From Gammaproteobacteria bacterium (GTDB lineage Bacteria; Pseudomonadota; Gammaproteobacteria; Natronospirales; REEB76): a stretch of DNA of 35,866 bases. The notes below the pieces were generated by a model that worked only from the letters and a program-made list of their open reading frames with translations, had not been told where the DNA came from and made no database searches. A program made the translations under genes and the position numbers. The stretch is taken from NCBI GenBank assembly GCA_035701605.1, contig DASSRV010000081.1, positions 1 to 35,866 on the forward strand, given 5' to 3'. Of this stretch, positions 17,543 to 26,361 are shown piece by piece (position 1 is the stretch's first letter; each line of letters begins with the position of its first letter).

Positions 17543-17920
17543 ATGAAACATAAAGACGCAGTCCATGCCCTGGGAGCCCTGGCCCACGAGAGCCGGCTCA
17601 CTATCTACCGCCTGCTGGTCCAGGCCGGCCCGGCAGGCCTGGCGGTGGGCGCCATTGGCGAGAAGCTCGGGCTTCCGCCTGCCACGCTGTCGTTCCACCT
17701 CGCGGGCTTGCGCCACGCCGGGCTTGCGAACGCCCGGCGCGAGGGTCGCATCCTCTACCAGGCCGCCGACTACGGCGCCATGAACGACCTCGTTGCCTAT
17801 CTCTCCGAAAACTGCTGCCAGGGCGCCGGCTGCGGCATCACCGCGCGTGCGCCCAAGTCTCGTTCCACCCACCAGGAGCCTTCCCATGAAACGTCTGCAC
17901 GTTCACGTCGCCGTCGCTGA
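17543..17920 (+). CDS. arsR: ArsR/SmtB family metalloregulatory repressor
   Basis: The winged-HTH region reads LAHESRLTIYRLLVQAGPAGLAVGAIGEKLGLPPATLSFHLAGLRHAGL. A C-terminal Cys triad, CCQGAGC, is present. There is no Cys in the alpha-3 ELCVCDL position. Confidence 0.85.
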   Translation: MKHKDAVHALGALAHESRLTIYRLLVQAGPAGLAVGAIGEKLGLPPATLSFHLAGLRHAGLANARREGRILYQAADYGAMNDLVAYLSENCCQGAGCGITARAPKSRSTHQEPSHETSARSRRRR

Positions 17921-18332
17921 TCTCGGCAAATCCATCCGGTTCTATTCCACCCTGTTCGGCACCGCGCCCACGGTCGAGAAGCCCGATTACGCCAAGTGGA
18001 TGCTGGAAGATCCGCAGTTGAACTTCGCCATTTCCGCGCGTGACCGCAAGACGGGCGTGAATCATCTCGGCATCCAGGTTGCGGACACGGCCGAGTTGGA
18101 AGCCATCGGTGCACGACTCAAGGCCGCGGAGGCGGTCACACGCGCGGAACAGGACGTCGCCTGCTGCTATGCGCGCTCCGACAAGTACTGGGCGGAAGAT
18201 CCACAAGGCGTCCGCTGGGAAAGTTTCCATACCCACGGCGAGACCACAGTGTACAGCGACCCTCACGCCGGGGAGGCAGCCAATCCCTGTTACACACCGA
18301 CGCAGGGTCCCGGTGCCGCGCTTCCGGCGTGA
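17886..18332 (+). CDS. arsI: ArsI/CadI-type VOC (glyoxalase fold) metalloenzyme
   Basis: An AGGAG Shine-Dalgarno precedes ATG 17886. MKRLHVHVAVADLGKSIRFYSTLFG...NHLGIQV.... A vicinal Cys pair lies in DVACCYARSDKYW. The gene sits directly after arsR and overlaps it by 35 nt. Confidence 0.75.
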   Translation: MKRLHVHVAVADLGKSIRFYSTLFGTAPTVEKPDYAKWMLEDPQLNFAISARDRKTGVNHLGIQVADTAELEAIGARLKAAEAVTRAEQDVACCYARSDKYWAEDPQGVRWESFHTHGETTVYSDPHAGEAANPCYTPTQGPGAALPA

Positions 18333-18373
18333 GATTCACAGTTAAGCCGCTCACAAACTGGCAAGACCCGGCT

Positions 18374-18688
18374 TCACTTCTGTGGCACCAATTTGACCTT
18401 CAGGTCGCAACCGACGGCTTGCGCGTACCGCTGAAGGGTAGCAATGGAAGGGGCGTGCTTTTTACCGGCTGACTCGAGCCGCGAAATGGCGCTCTTGGTG
18501 GTGCCCATGCGTTCCGCGACCGCATCTTGAGTGAGGCCGGCCCGCGAACGCGCCTTGAGCATTTGACTGGCGAGCTGGTACTCCAGCTCCAGAGCCTCAT
18601 ACGCCTTTGCGAAGCCTTTGCGCTTGGACGCGCGTGCCAGAAAGGCTTGATGATCGTGTGGTACGGGTTTGTAACGGAGATTAGCCAT
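18374..18688 (-). CDS. XRE-family HTH antitoxin (HigA-like)
   Basis: HTH segment LTQDAVAERMGTTKSAISRLESAGKKHAPSIATLQRYAQAVG. The ATG overlaps the stop of the upstream toxin remnant (ATGGCTAA). Confidence 0.8.
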   Translation of the reverse strand: MANLRYKPVPHDHQAFLARASKRKGFAKAYEALELEYQLASQMLKARSRAGLTQDAVAERMGTTKSAISRLESAGKKHAPSIATLQRYAQAVGCDLKVKLVPQK

Positions 18689-19006
18689 GTTGCAACTCCT
18701 TGACCCGCTTGCGGGCCAGCTTGAGCTCCCTGTCGGGAGTCTCTTGCGACTTCTTGATGAAGGCGTGGACTACGACGATGCGTTTATTCAACAGAAAGCA
18801 GTAAAAGGCACGGCCCATACCGGAACGCCCGCGGGGCCTGAGTTCAAACAACCCCTCTCCGAAGGCGCGTGAGTGGGGCAGCCGCAGGTTTGGCCCTACT
18901 CAGCGAGGAGTTCGGTCAGACGGGCGTAGTCGGCGACGACATCCACCGGCCAAGACTCGATCTCTGCCAGAACGCGCGGCTGGAAGTACTCGATCTGGTA
19001 CGGCAT
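18681..19006 (-). pseudogene. HigB/RelE (Gp49-like) toxin gene disrupted by a frameshift
   Basis: On the minus strand, ATG 19006 opens MPYQIEYFQPRVLAEIESWPVDVVADYARLTELLAE, followed by TAG at 18896-18898. The next frame continues GPNLRLPHSRAFGEGLFELRPRGRSGMGRAFYCFLLNKRIVVVHAFIKKSQETPDRELKLARKRVKELQHG to TAA at 18681-18683. Together the two parts give a complete toxin of about 108 aa. Neither piece appears in the ORF track. Confidence 0.65.
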
Positions 19007-19013
19007 GAATCAT

Positions 19014-19031
19014 GTTAGCAAAAGCGCTAAC
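19014..19031 (-). promoter_or_regulatory. Inverted repeat upstream of the higB remnant (candidate HigA operator)
   Basis: GTTAGC-aaaagc-GCTAAC lies 8 nt upstream of the higB ATG. Confidence 0.3.
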
Positions 19032-19133
19032 TATGCGCAAGGGGTTTGTAGTGGCGCATGATGCTAAAGCCTTTCGGTGCATTGGAGCACGGCAGAAATG
19101 TTACTCGGCGCAGTAACTTGTTGGGTAACAGCG

Positions 19134-19466
19134 TTATTCGAACCAACCGCACGACTTGGCTTCTTCCATAACCGCACTCAAGTCTCGCGGGTCAAGAAAC
19201 GTCGAATATTGCCCACAGACCCACATGCCTCGGCGTTTTTCCTTCCATCCAAGCATGTAATAACCGAGACGAAGTGCTGTGCCGCCCGAATCCCATCGTA
19301 TAGGTTGAAAGCAGATCAGCTTCTGTGGAAGACCCGTTTCGGGGTGTAGTATTTCGTCGAGGACGGTGAATCGGATTGGTTTACCGTCGATGGCCTTAAT
19401 ATCTCGGATTTTACCAATATTGTCTGGCCATTTCGGAAGGCCGAGATCTGAGTATGACTGCGCCAT
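19134..19466 (-). CDS. Hypothetical protein (110 aa), AT-richer than its surroundings
   Basis: ATG 19466 is preceded by an AAGGAA Shine-Dalgarno. MAQSYSDLGLPKWPDNIGKIRDIKAIDGKPIRFTVLDEILHPETGLPQKLICFQPIRWDSGGTALRLGYYMLGWKEKRRGMWVCGQYSTFLDPRDLSAVMEEAKSCGWFE. I recognise no family. Confidence 0.5.
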   Translation of the reverse strand: MAQSYSDLGLPKWPDNIGKIRDIKAIDGKPIRFTVLDEILHPETGLPQKLICFQPIRWDSGGTALRLGYYMLGWKEKRRGMWVCGQYSTFLDPRDLSAVMEEAKSCGWFE

Positions 19467-19582
19467 TGCTGTTTCCTTCACGCTCAATAATAAATAGATG
19501 TTTTGCAATGATATTCCAGTAACGATGGAAAGTAGTCCCGACTACCGGTTCGGTAACCAGTTTTAATTGAAGGTGGCGAAGC

Positions 19583-19628
19583 CGCGCTTAATCAAGACCT
19601 GGATTCCCACTTTCGTGGGAATGACGAT
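19583..19628 (-). repeat. REP-like palindromic element, copy B
   Basis: The reverse complement is gatcgtcATTCCCACgaaaGTGGGAATccaggtcttgattaagcgcg, with the hairpin at 19603-19622. It lies immediately after the cca stop codon. Confidence 0.7.
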
Positions 19629-19635
19629 CAGGAGT

Positions 19636-20853
19636 TTACTTGTGGTTTTGCAAAATCTTGAGTCTCGCGCGATGTAACTGCTCGCCAATCTCCGCCCCAC
19701 TGAGACCGGCAATATCGCCCAGTGACCGCACAGTAACCGCTTGCGTCGCAGCGAAGGCGCGTCGCAGATACGCGGCTTGCGGAAAGGGCGTGTCTTCAAG
19801 CCCGGTGCGACCACGATGATCCGCCTCGCAGGCAGTCAGGAAGAATTCAAAACGTTCCGGGCGCCGGAACGCATCCACCGATTCGAGCAGTTTCAGAACG
19901 GTATCCGGCCGCATTTCCTCGACCTTGTGTACCTGACCGTGATGGCGAGCCACGAGCACCGCCAGCTCGCGCAGTTCGCGCGGCACTCTCAACCGTTCGC
20001 AGAGGGCCTCAACCAGCTTCACGCTGCGCGCTTCGTGGCCGTAATGATGCGGCAGGATGTCGGCCGGCGTGGTGCCCTTGCCGAGGTCGTGCACCAGCGC
20101 GGCGAAGCGCACGGCAAGCTCACCTGACAGGCGCGCGGCCTGATCCACGACCAGCATGACGTGCACGCCGGTGTCCACTTCAGGATGCCACTTGGCGGGC
20201 TGCGGCACACCGAACAGGCGATCCAGTTCCGGGAACACGCGGGCGAGCGCACCGCAGGCACGCAGCGCGGTAAAAAACACCGACGGCGTTTCGGTTTGCA
20301 ACGCCTTGGCGGTTTCCTGCCAGACGCGCTCGGGCACCAGCGCATCCACTTCGCCGTTTTCCGACATGGTGCGCATCAGCGCCAGGGTTTCTTCCGCGAT
20401 GCGGAATCCCAATGACGCAAAGCGCGCCGCAAAGCGCGCGACACGCAATACGCGCACCGGGTCTTCGGCAAAGGCCGGCGACACGTGCCGCAGCACGCGC
20501 GCGTCCAGATCGCGTTGACCGTGGTAGGGATCAATCAGCGTGCCGGCTTCATCTTCGGCGAGGGCGTTGATGGTGAGGTCGCGGCGGCGCAGGTCGTCTT
20601 CCAGCGTGACATCGGGTGCGGCATGAAATTCAAAGCCGTGATAGCCACGCGCGGTCTTGCGCTCGGTCCGCGCGAGCGCATATTCCGCATGCGTCTCGGG
20701 ATGCAGGAACACCGGGAAATCCTTGCCCACGGGCTGGTAACCGCGCGCGGTCATGTCGGCGGGCGTGGCGCCCACCACCACGTAATCGCGTTCCGTGACC
20801 GGCAGACCCAGCAAGCGGTCACGCACCGCGCCGCCGACGAGATAGGTTTTCAC
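19636..20853 (-). CDS. cca: Multifunctional CCA-adding tRNA nucleotidyltransferase (with HD domain)
   Basis: GTG start at 20853, 4 nt after the upstream stop. (M)[25 protein letters not shown]...[10 protein letters not shown]...[10 protein letters not shown]...VHDLGK...HHYGHE. The upstream part of ORF 19636..21201 is a read-through artefact. Confidence 0.9.
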   Translation of the reverse strand: MKTYLVGGAVRDRLLGLPVTERDYVVVGATPADMTARGYQPVGKDFPVFLHPETHAEYALARTERKTARGYHGFEFHAAPDVTLEDDLRRRDLTINALAEDEAGTLIDPYHGQRDLDARVLRHVSPAFAEDPVRVLRVARFAARFASLGFRIAEETLALMRTMSENGEVDALVPERVWQETAKALQTETPSVFFTALRACGALARVFPELDRLFGVPQPAKWHPEVDTGVHVMLVVDQAARLSGELAVRFAALVHDLGKGTTPADILPHHYGHEARSVKLVEALCERLRVPRELRELAVLVARHHGQVHKVEEMRPDTVLKLLESVDAFRRPERFEFFLTACEADHRGRTGLEDTPFPQAAYLRRAFAATQAVTVRSLGDIAGLSGAEIGEQLHRARLKILQNHK

Positions 20854-20857
20854 AGAC

Positions 20858-21790
20858 TTACTTGCCCGGCGCTTCGCGTACCGGCAAGGGTGCATCGCAG
20901 ATGCCGACGTGCCCCGGCGGTTCCTTGTAGAAGGCCCCGTGACGATTGCGCGTGGCATCGAGCAGACGTGCGAACGACTTGCTGTCGGTACGCAGCACCT
21001 GCAAATGGAGACGCTGTTTAATCGGCACATCGGCAGCCAGCCGGACGGACACAATCGGGGTGCGCAGCGCCGGGTCGGTATAAATGCCCAGCGGTCCCGT
21101 GCCGCGTGGCAGGGCGGACAGCCACTCCATGCCCTGAACGACGCGACCGACCACGGCCAACTGGTGATCCAGGCGGCGCGGCGCCTGCCCGATCGGTACA
21201 TACAGTGTATTGCCGTTGCCGCTCATCGGATCGTTGTCACGCGACACGCCCACCATGCCGTAACACTGCACCAGCCAGGCCCGGCCGGTTTTGGGATCGC
21301 GTCCCACCGGCAGGCCGTCCACGAAGCCGACCTGCGGCGCATACACGTCACCGTCCGGCAGCAGCGTGAAATGCCCGATGCCTTTCATCGGCCGTGTGTA
21401 TTCCGGCGGCAGCCGGGTTTTCGCCGTGCCCATGGATTTGGCCTGTTTGGGATCGTCGGCGGGGTCGCCCCATTGCACGACGAAATTATCCTGCACGCGG
21501 TACACGCTGGTGCCGTCGAAATAATGTTCGCGCACCAGGGTCTTGATGTTGGCGACGTGCGCGGGCGCCCAGTCCGGCGCCAGTTCGATCACCACCAGGT
21601 GATCGTGCGCCAGCCGCATGTATAGCGTTTGGGCGGGATCGAGGCTGCGCCATTCATCCGGCCGGGACGCATCCAGAATCTGCTGGCGGGTCGGCGTGGG
21701 GCGGTCGTCCGCCGCGGCTAGCGCGGTGCTGACGGCACACAAGACAATAGCCAGCAGGCCACACAGCAATCCGCTTCTGTTACGCGACAT
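20858..21790 (-). CDS. Secreted cyclophilin-type peptidyl-prolyl isomerase-like protein
   Basis: A signal peptide [27 protein letters not shown], followed by a cyclophilin-like core: [44 protein letters not shown] ... [24 protein letters not shown]. Confidence 0.75.
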   Translation of the reverse strand: MSRNRSGLLCGLLAIVLCAVSTALAAADDRPTPTRQQILDASRPDEWRSLDPAQTLYMRLAHDHLVVIELAPDWAPAHVANIKTLVREHYFDGTSVYRVQDNFVVQWGDPADDPKQAKSMGTAKTRLPPEYTRPMKGIGHFTLLPDGDVYAPQVGFVDGLPVGRDPKTGRAWLVQCYGMVGVSRDNDPMSGNGNTLYVPIGQAPRRLDHQLAVVGRVVQGMEWLSALPRGTGPLGIYTDPALRTPIVSVRLAADVPIKQRLHLQVLRTDSKSFARLLDATRNRHGAFYKEPPGHVGICDAPLPVREAPGK

Positions 21791-21833
21791 GAATGTGCTC
21801 CCCGTCGAAATGCCCGGTGTGATGATACCCTTT

Positions 21834-22010
21834 AACTAATACCTCTCTCAAAATTATCCCCCCGTTCGTGTTTAACCCTTCGACTACGCGCTTGCGGCGC
21901 TACGCTCAGAGCCTGCCCCGGACTTGATCCGGGGGCGAACGGGATTCTGAGATAACTTCTAATACCTCTCGCAAAATCCCCTCACCCAACCCTCTCCCGG
22001 TGGGAGAGGG
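21834..22010. repeat. Composite intergenic repeat cluster
   Basis: A direct repeat CTAATACCTCTC[T/G]CAAAAT..CCCC occurs at 21836 and 21959 (12/12 core). The first copy is followed by an 86-bp element bounded by CCCGTTCG (21861) and CGAACGGG (21936), with an inner hairpin CCCCGGActtgaTCCGGGG. The second copy is followed by the hairpin CCCTCTCCCggtGGGAGAGGG (21990-22010). Confidence 0.55.
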
Positions 22011-22034
22011 ATTCGATTCATTTTGAGATGGTGC

Positions 22035-23399
22035 CTAGCCGATCCAGAGCGTTTTGACATTGGTGAACTCGTGGATGCCGTGGCGTGCGAGTTCGCGGCC
22101 ATACCCGGAGCGTTTGATGCCGCCGAAGGGCAGACGCGGATCGCTCTTGACCAGGCCGTTGACGAAGGCGCTGCCGGATTGCAGTTGCCGCGCGAAGGCT
22201 TCGCCGCGTTTGCTGTCACGGGTCCAGACACTGCCGCCCAGACCGTAACGGCTGCCGTTGGCGACACGCAGGGCTTCGGCCTCGTCGTGCACGCGAATGA
22301 GGCTGGCGACCGGGCCGAACAGTTCCTCGTCCCAGGCGCGCATGCCGGGCGCGACACCGTCGAGAATGGACGCGGTATAGAACGCACCCGGGCCGCTCAC
22401 GGGTTCGCAGCCGAGCAGCGGTTTCGCGCCTTTCTTGATTGCATCCTGCACCTGCGCGTGCAAGCTGTCGCGCAAGTCCAACCGCGCCATCGGTGCGAGC
22501 GTGGTAGCGGTCTCTGCGGGATCACCCGGCTTGAGCGCGGCGGCACGCGCTTTGAACTCGCGCAAAAAATCCTCCACGATGTTATCCACTACGATGAAGC
22601 GCTTGGCCGCGATGCAGCTTTGTCCGGCGTTCTGGTAACGCGATTTGGCGCCCACTTCCGCGGCCTGCGCGAGGTCGGCATCTTCCAGCACCACGAAGGC
22701 ATCGGAGCCACCGAGTTCCAGAACGCATTTCTTGAGGACATCGCCGGCGGTGGCGGCCAGCGCGCGGCCGGCGCGTTCGCTGCCGGTGAGCGTGACAGCG
22801 TGGATGCGCGCATCGCGGATGACGCCGTCCACCATCGGGATGCCGATCATTAGGGTGCGGAATACGCCGTCCGGATAACCCGCTTCGCGAAACACCTGTT
22901 CCAGCGCCAGCGCGCAACCCGTCACGTTGTTGGCGTGTTTCAAGACCATGCAGTTGCCGGCAGTGAGTGCGGGGGCGGCGGCCCGGATCACCTGCCAGAA
23001 CGGGAAATTCCAGGGCATGATGGCGAGCACGGTGCCGAGCGGCTGGTAAGCGACGTGGCTCGATGTGGCATCACTCGCCACGTTCTCGTCGGCCAGCAGG
23101 GCGGCGGCATGCTCGGCGTAGAACGTGCAGCAGCGTGCACATTTCTCGATCTCCGCGCGCGCTTCCCCGAGGAGCTTGCCCATCTCGGCGCTCATGAGCG
23201 CGGCATAGTCGTCGCGATGCGCCAGCAAGACTTCGCCCGCCCGATGCAACAGCCCGGTGCGATCACTCAGTGAGGTTGCGGCCCAGGATGGAGTGGTGTC
23301 GGCAGTGTGCGCAAGCGCCGCGTCGAGTTCCCTGGCGTCCCATTGCGGATATTCACGGATCGTATCCCCCGTTGCGGGGTTGATTGACTTGAAATTCAC
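22035..23399 (-). CDS. NAD(P)-dependent aldehyde dehydrogenase, succinate-semialdehyde dehydrogenase-like
   Basis: GTG 23399 is preceded by an AAGGAGG Shine-Dalgarno. (M)NFKSINPATGDTIREY...MSAEMGKLLGEARAEIEKCA...PWNFPFWQV...LELGGSDAFVV...GQSCIAAKRFIV. Confidence 0.85.
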   Translation of the reverse strand: MNFKSINPATGDTIREYPQWDARELDAALAHTADTTPSWAATSLSDRTGLLHRAGEVLLAHRDDYAALMSAEMGKLLGEARAEIEKCARCCTFYAEHAAALLADENVASDATSSHVAYQPLGTVLAIMPWNFPFWQVIRAAAPALTAGNCMVLKHANNVTGCALALEQVFREAGYPDGVFRTLMIGIPMVDGVIRDARIHAVTLTGSERAGRALAATAGDVLKKCVLELGGSDAFVVLEDADLAQAAEVGAKSRYQNAGQSCIAAKRFIVVDNIVEDFLREFKARAAALKPGDPAETATTLAPMARLDLRDSLHAQVQDAIKKGAKPLLGCEPVSGPGAFYTASILDGVAPGMRAWDEELFGPVASLIRVHDEAEALRVANGSRYGLGGSVWTRDSKRGEAFARQLQSGSAFVNGLVKSDPRLPFGGIKRSGYGRELARHGIHEFTNVKTLWIG

Positions 23400-23464
23400 C
23401 TGTGCCCTCCTTCGATGCCTGCCATCGGCATGACGCCGCAACCGCTTCACGTTACCCTAGGCGC

Positions 23465-25396
23465 ATGACTAGGATGTCTCATCTCGTCGCGGGCCTCATG
23501 CTCGCCATGTGCTGCACAATACCGGGGAAAGCCGCCCCGGATCTGGCGGCGCAACGGGCGGCATTCAAACAGGCCTGGGCGGCCGCGCAGCACGGCGACC
23601 TCGCCAAGCTTACGCCTTATCTCGAATCCCTGTCGGGATACCCGCTGTACCCGTACCTGCGTTTCGCCTATCTCGACGCCACACTGGCCGAACAACCCGA
23701 CGACGTGGTGCAGGCGTTCCTGAAACAGCAGTGGGCGTTGCCGGTGGCGGACGATTTGCGCCAGGACTGGCTGCTTGCCGTGGCGCGGCGCGGCGACTGG
23801 AAAACCTTTCTCGCCAATTACCGCGACGAGGACACGCCGCCGCTGCGTTGCGCGGCGGCCAGCGCACACCTGGCCGGCGACGACGCAGCCGATCACGACA
23901 ACTGGGTGACGGTTGCCCTGCAATTGTGGCTGAGTGCAGGCCCGACGCCGGACACGTGCACGGCGGCGTTCGCCTATCTCGAACAGCATCAGCTCGTCAG
24001 TGTGGACATGCGGCTGCGGCGCGTGACGCTGGCGCTGCGCGCACGCCAGTATGCGCTGGCAAAAACACTGCTACCGGCCCTCGACGACGCGAGCCGCAGT
24101 TGGGCGCAGGCCTGGCTGGACATGGCCGCGGATCCGCGCCGCGTGCTGGCGCATGACGCAAGCCCGGACACGGCGCCCTACCAGGAAATGCTGATTGCCG
24201 GCGTGCGTCAGGTGGCGCGCCGCGACCCCGCGCGTGCGCGGCATCTGTGGCACAGCCTGCAACAGCGGCATCATTTTGCGCACGATGACGAAGACGACAT
24301 GCAGCGCTTGCTGGCGCTGCAATACGCCTGGCACCTGATGCCGGATGCACGCCGGCTGCTGGCGGCCGTGGAGCGGCCCGACTTCGAAGTGCTGGGCTGG
24401 CGCGTGCGCTGTGCACTGCGTGCGCAGGACTGGCCGGCGGTGCTGCGCGACATTGACGCACTCGGTCGCGCCGGACGGGCCGACACCTGGCAGTACTGGA
24501 AAGCGCGCGCGCTGGCCGCCACCGGCAAGGACGCCGCGGCGCGCGACATCTATCAGTCACTCGCGGTCGGTAACGATTACTACGCGCTGCTCGCGGCGGA
24601 CCGTCTGCAACAGGCTTACGCATTTCCGCAGCAGGCCAGCATGCCCGCGCCGCAGGTCATGCAGCAGCTTGCCTTGCGCCCCGCATTCCTGCGCGCCCGC
24701 GAGCTGGTGCACGCCGGCCTGTATGACTACGCGCAGCAGGAATGGCAGACCGGCGTGAAAGACCTGTCGGATCCCGCGCAATGCCAGGCCGCGCTCCTGG
24801 CATCGGAATGGGGCTGGTATGGCCGCACCATCCAGACTTTCGCCAATGCCGGTTGCTGGCAGGATGCCACGTTCAATTATCCGCTCGGCTATCGCGACAC
24901 GCTGCTGCCGGCGCTGCACAAGCTGCACGTGGATCCCGCCTGGGTGTACGGACTGATCCGCGCCGAGAGTCTGTTCTTCCCGGGCGCAGTGTCGGGGGCG
25001 GGCGCCATGGGCCTGATGCAGCTCATGCCGTCCACCGGCCGCGATGTGGCGCAGCGACTCGGCCTGACCCTCGATGAGGATCGGGACCTGCTCGATCCGC
25101 ACACCAGCCTGACACTCGGCAGCCATTACATGAGCCGGCTCCTGGAACGCTTTCACGGCAGCGAGCCGCTGGCGACCGCGGCCTACAACGCCGGCGCCAC
25201 GCGCGTCACCGAATGGCTGCCGCCGGCGGGCGACGCCATGCCGGCCGATGTGTGGGTGGACAGCATTCCCTACGATGAAACCCGCGCCTATGTGCGGCGC
25301 GTGCTGGCGCAGGCGGTGGTGTTTGATTGGCGCCTGGACGGCAAACCGGCGCGGTTGACGGCGCGGCTCGGTACCTTGCCGACGACCGGACCCTGA
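23465..25396 (+). CDS. slt: Soluble lytic murein transglycosylase (Slt70-like)
   Basis: A signal peptide, then a long alpha-superhelical N-terminal region and a C-terminal SLT domain: GLIRAESLFFPGAVSGAGAMGLMQLMPSTG...AAYNAG. Confidence 0.85.
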   Translation: MTRMSHLVAGLMLAMCCTIPGKAAPDLAAQRAAFKQAWAAAQHGDLAKLTPYLESLSGYPLYPYLRFAYLDATLAEQPDDVVQAFLKQQWALPVADDLRQDWLLAVARRGDWKTFLANYRDEDTPPLRCAAASAHLAGDDAADHDNWVTVALQLWLSAGPTPDTCTAAFAYLEQHQLVSVDMRLRRVTLALRARQYALAKTLLPALDDASRSWAQAWLDMAADPRRVLAHDASPDTAPYQEMLIAGVRQVARRDPARARHLWHSLQQRHHFAHDDEDDMQRLLALQYAWHLMPDARRLLAAVERPDFEVLGWRVRCALRAQDWPAVLRDIDALGRAGRADTWQYWKARALAATGKDAAARDIYQSLAVGNDYYALLAADRLQQAYAFPQQASMPAPQVMQQLALRPAFLRARELVHAGLYDYAQQEWQTGVKDLSDPAQCQAALLASEWGWYGRTIQTFANAGCWQDATFNYPLGYRDTLLPALHKLHVDPAWVYGLIRAESLFFPGAVSGAGAMGLMQLMPSTGRDVAQRLGLTLDEDRDLLDPHTSLTLGSHYMSRLLERFHGSEPLATAAYNAGATRVTEWLPPAGDAMPADVWVDSIPYDETRAYVRRVLAQAVVFDWRLDGKPARLTARLGTLPTTGP

Positions 25397-25440
25397 ACAT
25401 CGCGCTATGCTGGAGGCGGCGCAGCAGCGGCAGCACCGGC

Positions 25441-26358
25441 ATGACACGACCCCGGCTTTGCATTCTCGGCGGCACCGGCTTTGTCGGCCGGCAGGTGACA
25501 GCGGTGTTCGCGCGCCACGGTTTCGACATCACCGTGCTGACACGCGCGCCGGCACGGCATCGCGAACTGCTGGTGCTGCCCTCGGTGCGGCTGGTGCAGG
25601 CGGACGTGCACGATCCCGCCACCCTGCGAGCAGCGTTTGCCGGCTGCGAGGGCGTCATCAATCTGGTGGGGATTCTCAACGAGCGCGGGCACCGCGGGCG
25701 CGGCTTCACGCGCGCGCACGTCACGCTCGCGCAGAACCTGCTGGAGGCTTGCACTGCGGCCGGCGTCACACGTCTGTTGCACATGAGCGCGCTGAATGCC
25801 GGTCCGCAGGCGCCGAGTCATTACCTGCGCAGCAAGGGCGAGGCCGCACGCCGCGTGCTGGCGGCGCAGGGCGCGCTCGGGGTCACGGTGTTCGAGCCGA
25901 GCGTGATCTTCGGCGCGGGCGACAGTTTCATCGCGCGCTTCACGGCGCTGCTGCGCGTGATGCCAGTGTTTCCGCTGGCCTGTCCGCGTGCGCGTTTCGC
26001 GCCGGTGTGGGTGGGCGACGTGGCGGAGGCGATGTGGCGGAGCTATGCGCGACGCGACAGTTTCGGCCAGCGTCATGCCCTGTGTGGCCCCACGGTGTAC
26101 ACGCTGCGCGAGCTGGTGAAGCTGGCCGCGCGTCAAGCCGGATTGCGACGCTGGATCGTCGGACTGCCGCGTTGGGCAAGCTGGCTACAGGCGGCGAGCA
26201 TGGAATGGCTGCCGGGCAAGCCGTTCTCGCTCGACAATTACCGCTCACTGAAACTCGACAGCGTCTGCAACGGCAAGGACGGTTTCGCCGCGCTCGGCAT
26301 CACGCCGACCCCGCTCGACGCGGTGCTGCCGGAATATTCCGGCAACCTTCCACGCTAA
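25441..26358 (+). CDS. NAD(P)H-binding atypical SDR, complex I NDUFA9-like family
   Basis: MTRPRLCILGGTGFVGRQV (GxxGxxG Rossmann), ...YLRSKGEAE-like YxxxK (HYLRSKGEA). Confidence 0.8.
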   Translation: MTRPRLCILGGTGFVGRQVTAVFARHGFDITVLTRAPARHRELLVLPSVRLVQADVHDPATLRAAFAGCEGVINLVGILNERGHRGRGFTRAHVTLAQNLLEACTAAGVTRLLHMSALNAGPQAPSHYLRSKGEAARRVLAAQGALGVTVFEPSVIFGAGDSFIARFTALLRVMPVFPLACPRARFAPVWVGDVAEAMWRSYARRDSFGQRHALCGPTVYTLRELVKLAARQAGLRRWIVGLPRWASWLQAASMEWLPGKPFSLDNYRSLKLDSVCNGKDGFAALGITPTPLDAVLPEYSGNLPR

Positions 26359-26361
26359 CGC

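Noticed and set aside
18687-18872. A 61-aa + strand ORF between higA and the orphan ORF
   Set aside because: It is antisense to the C-terminal two-thirds of the frameshifted HigB-like toxin, whose homology to RelE/Gp49 toxins is clear on the minus strand.
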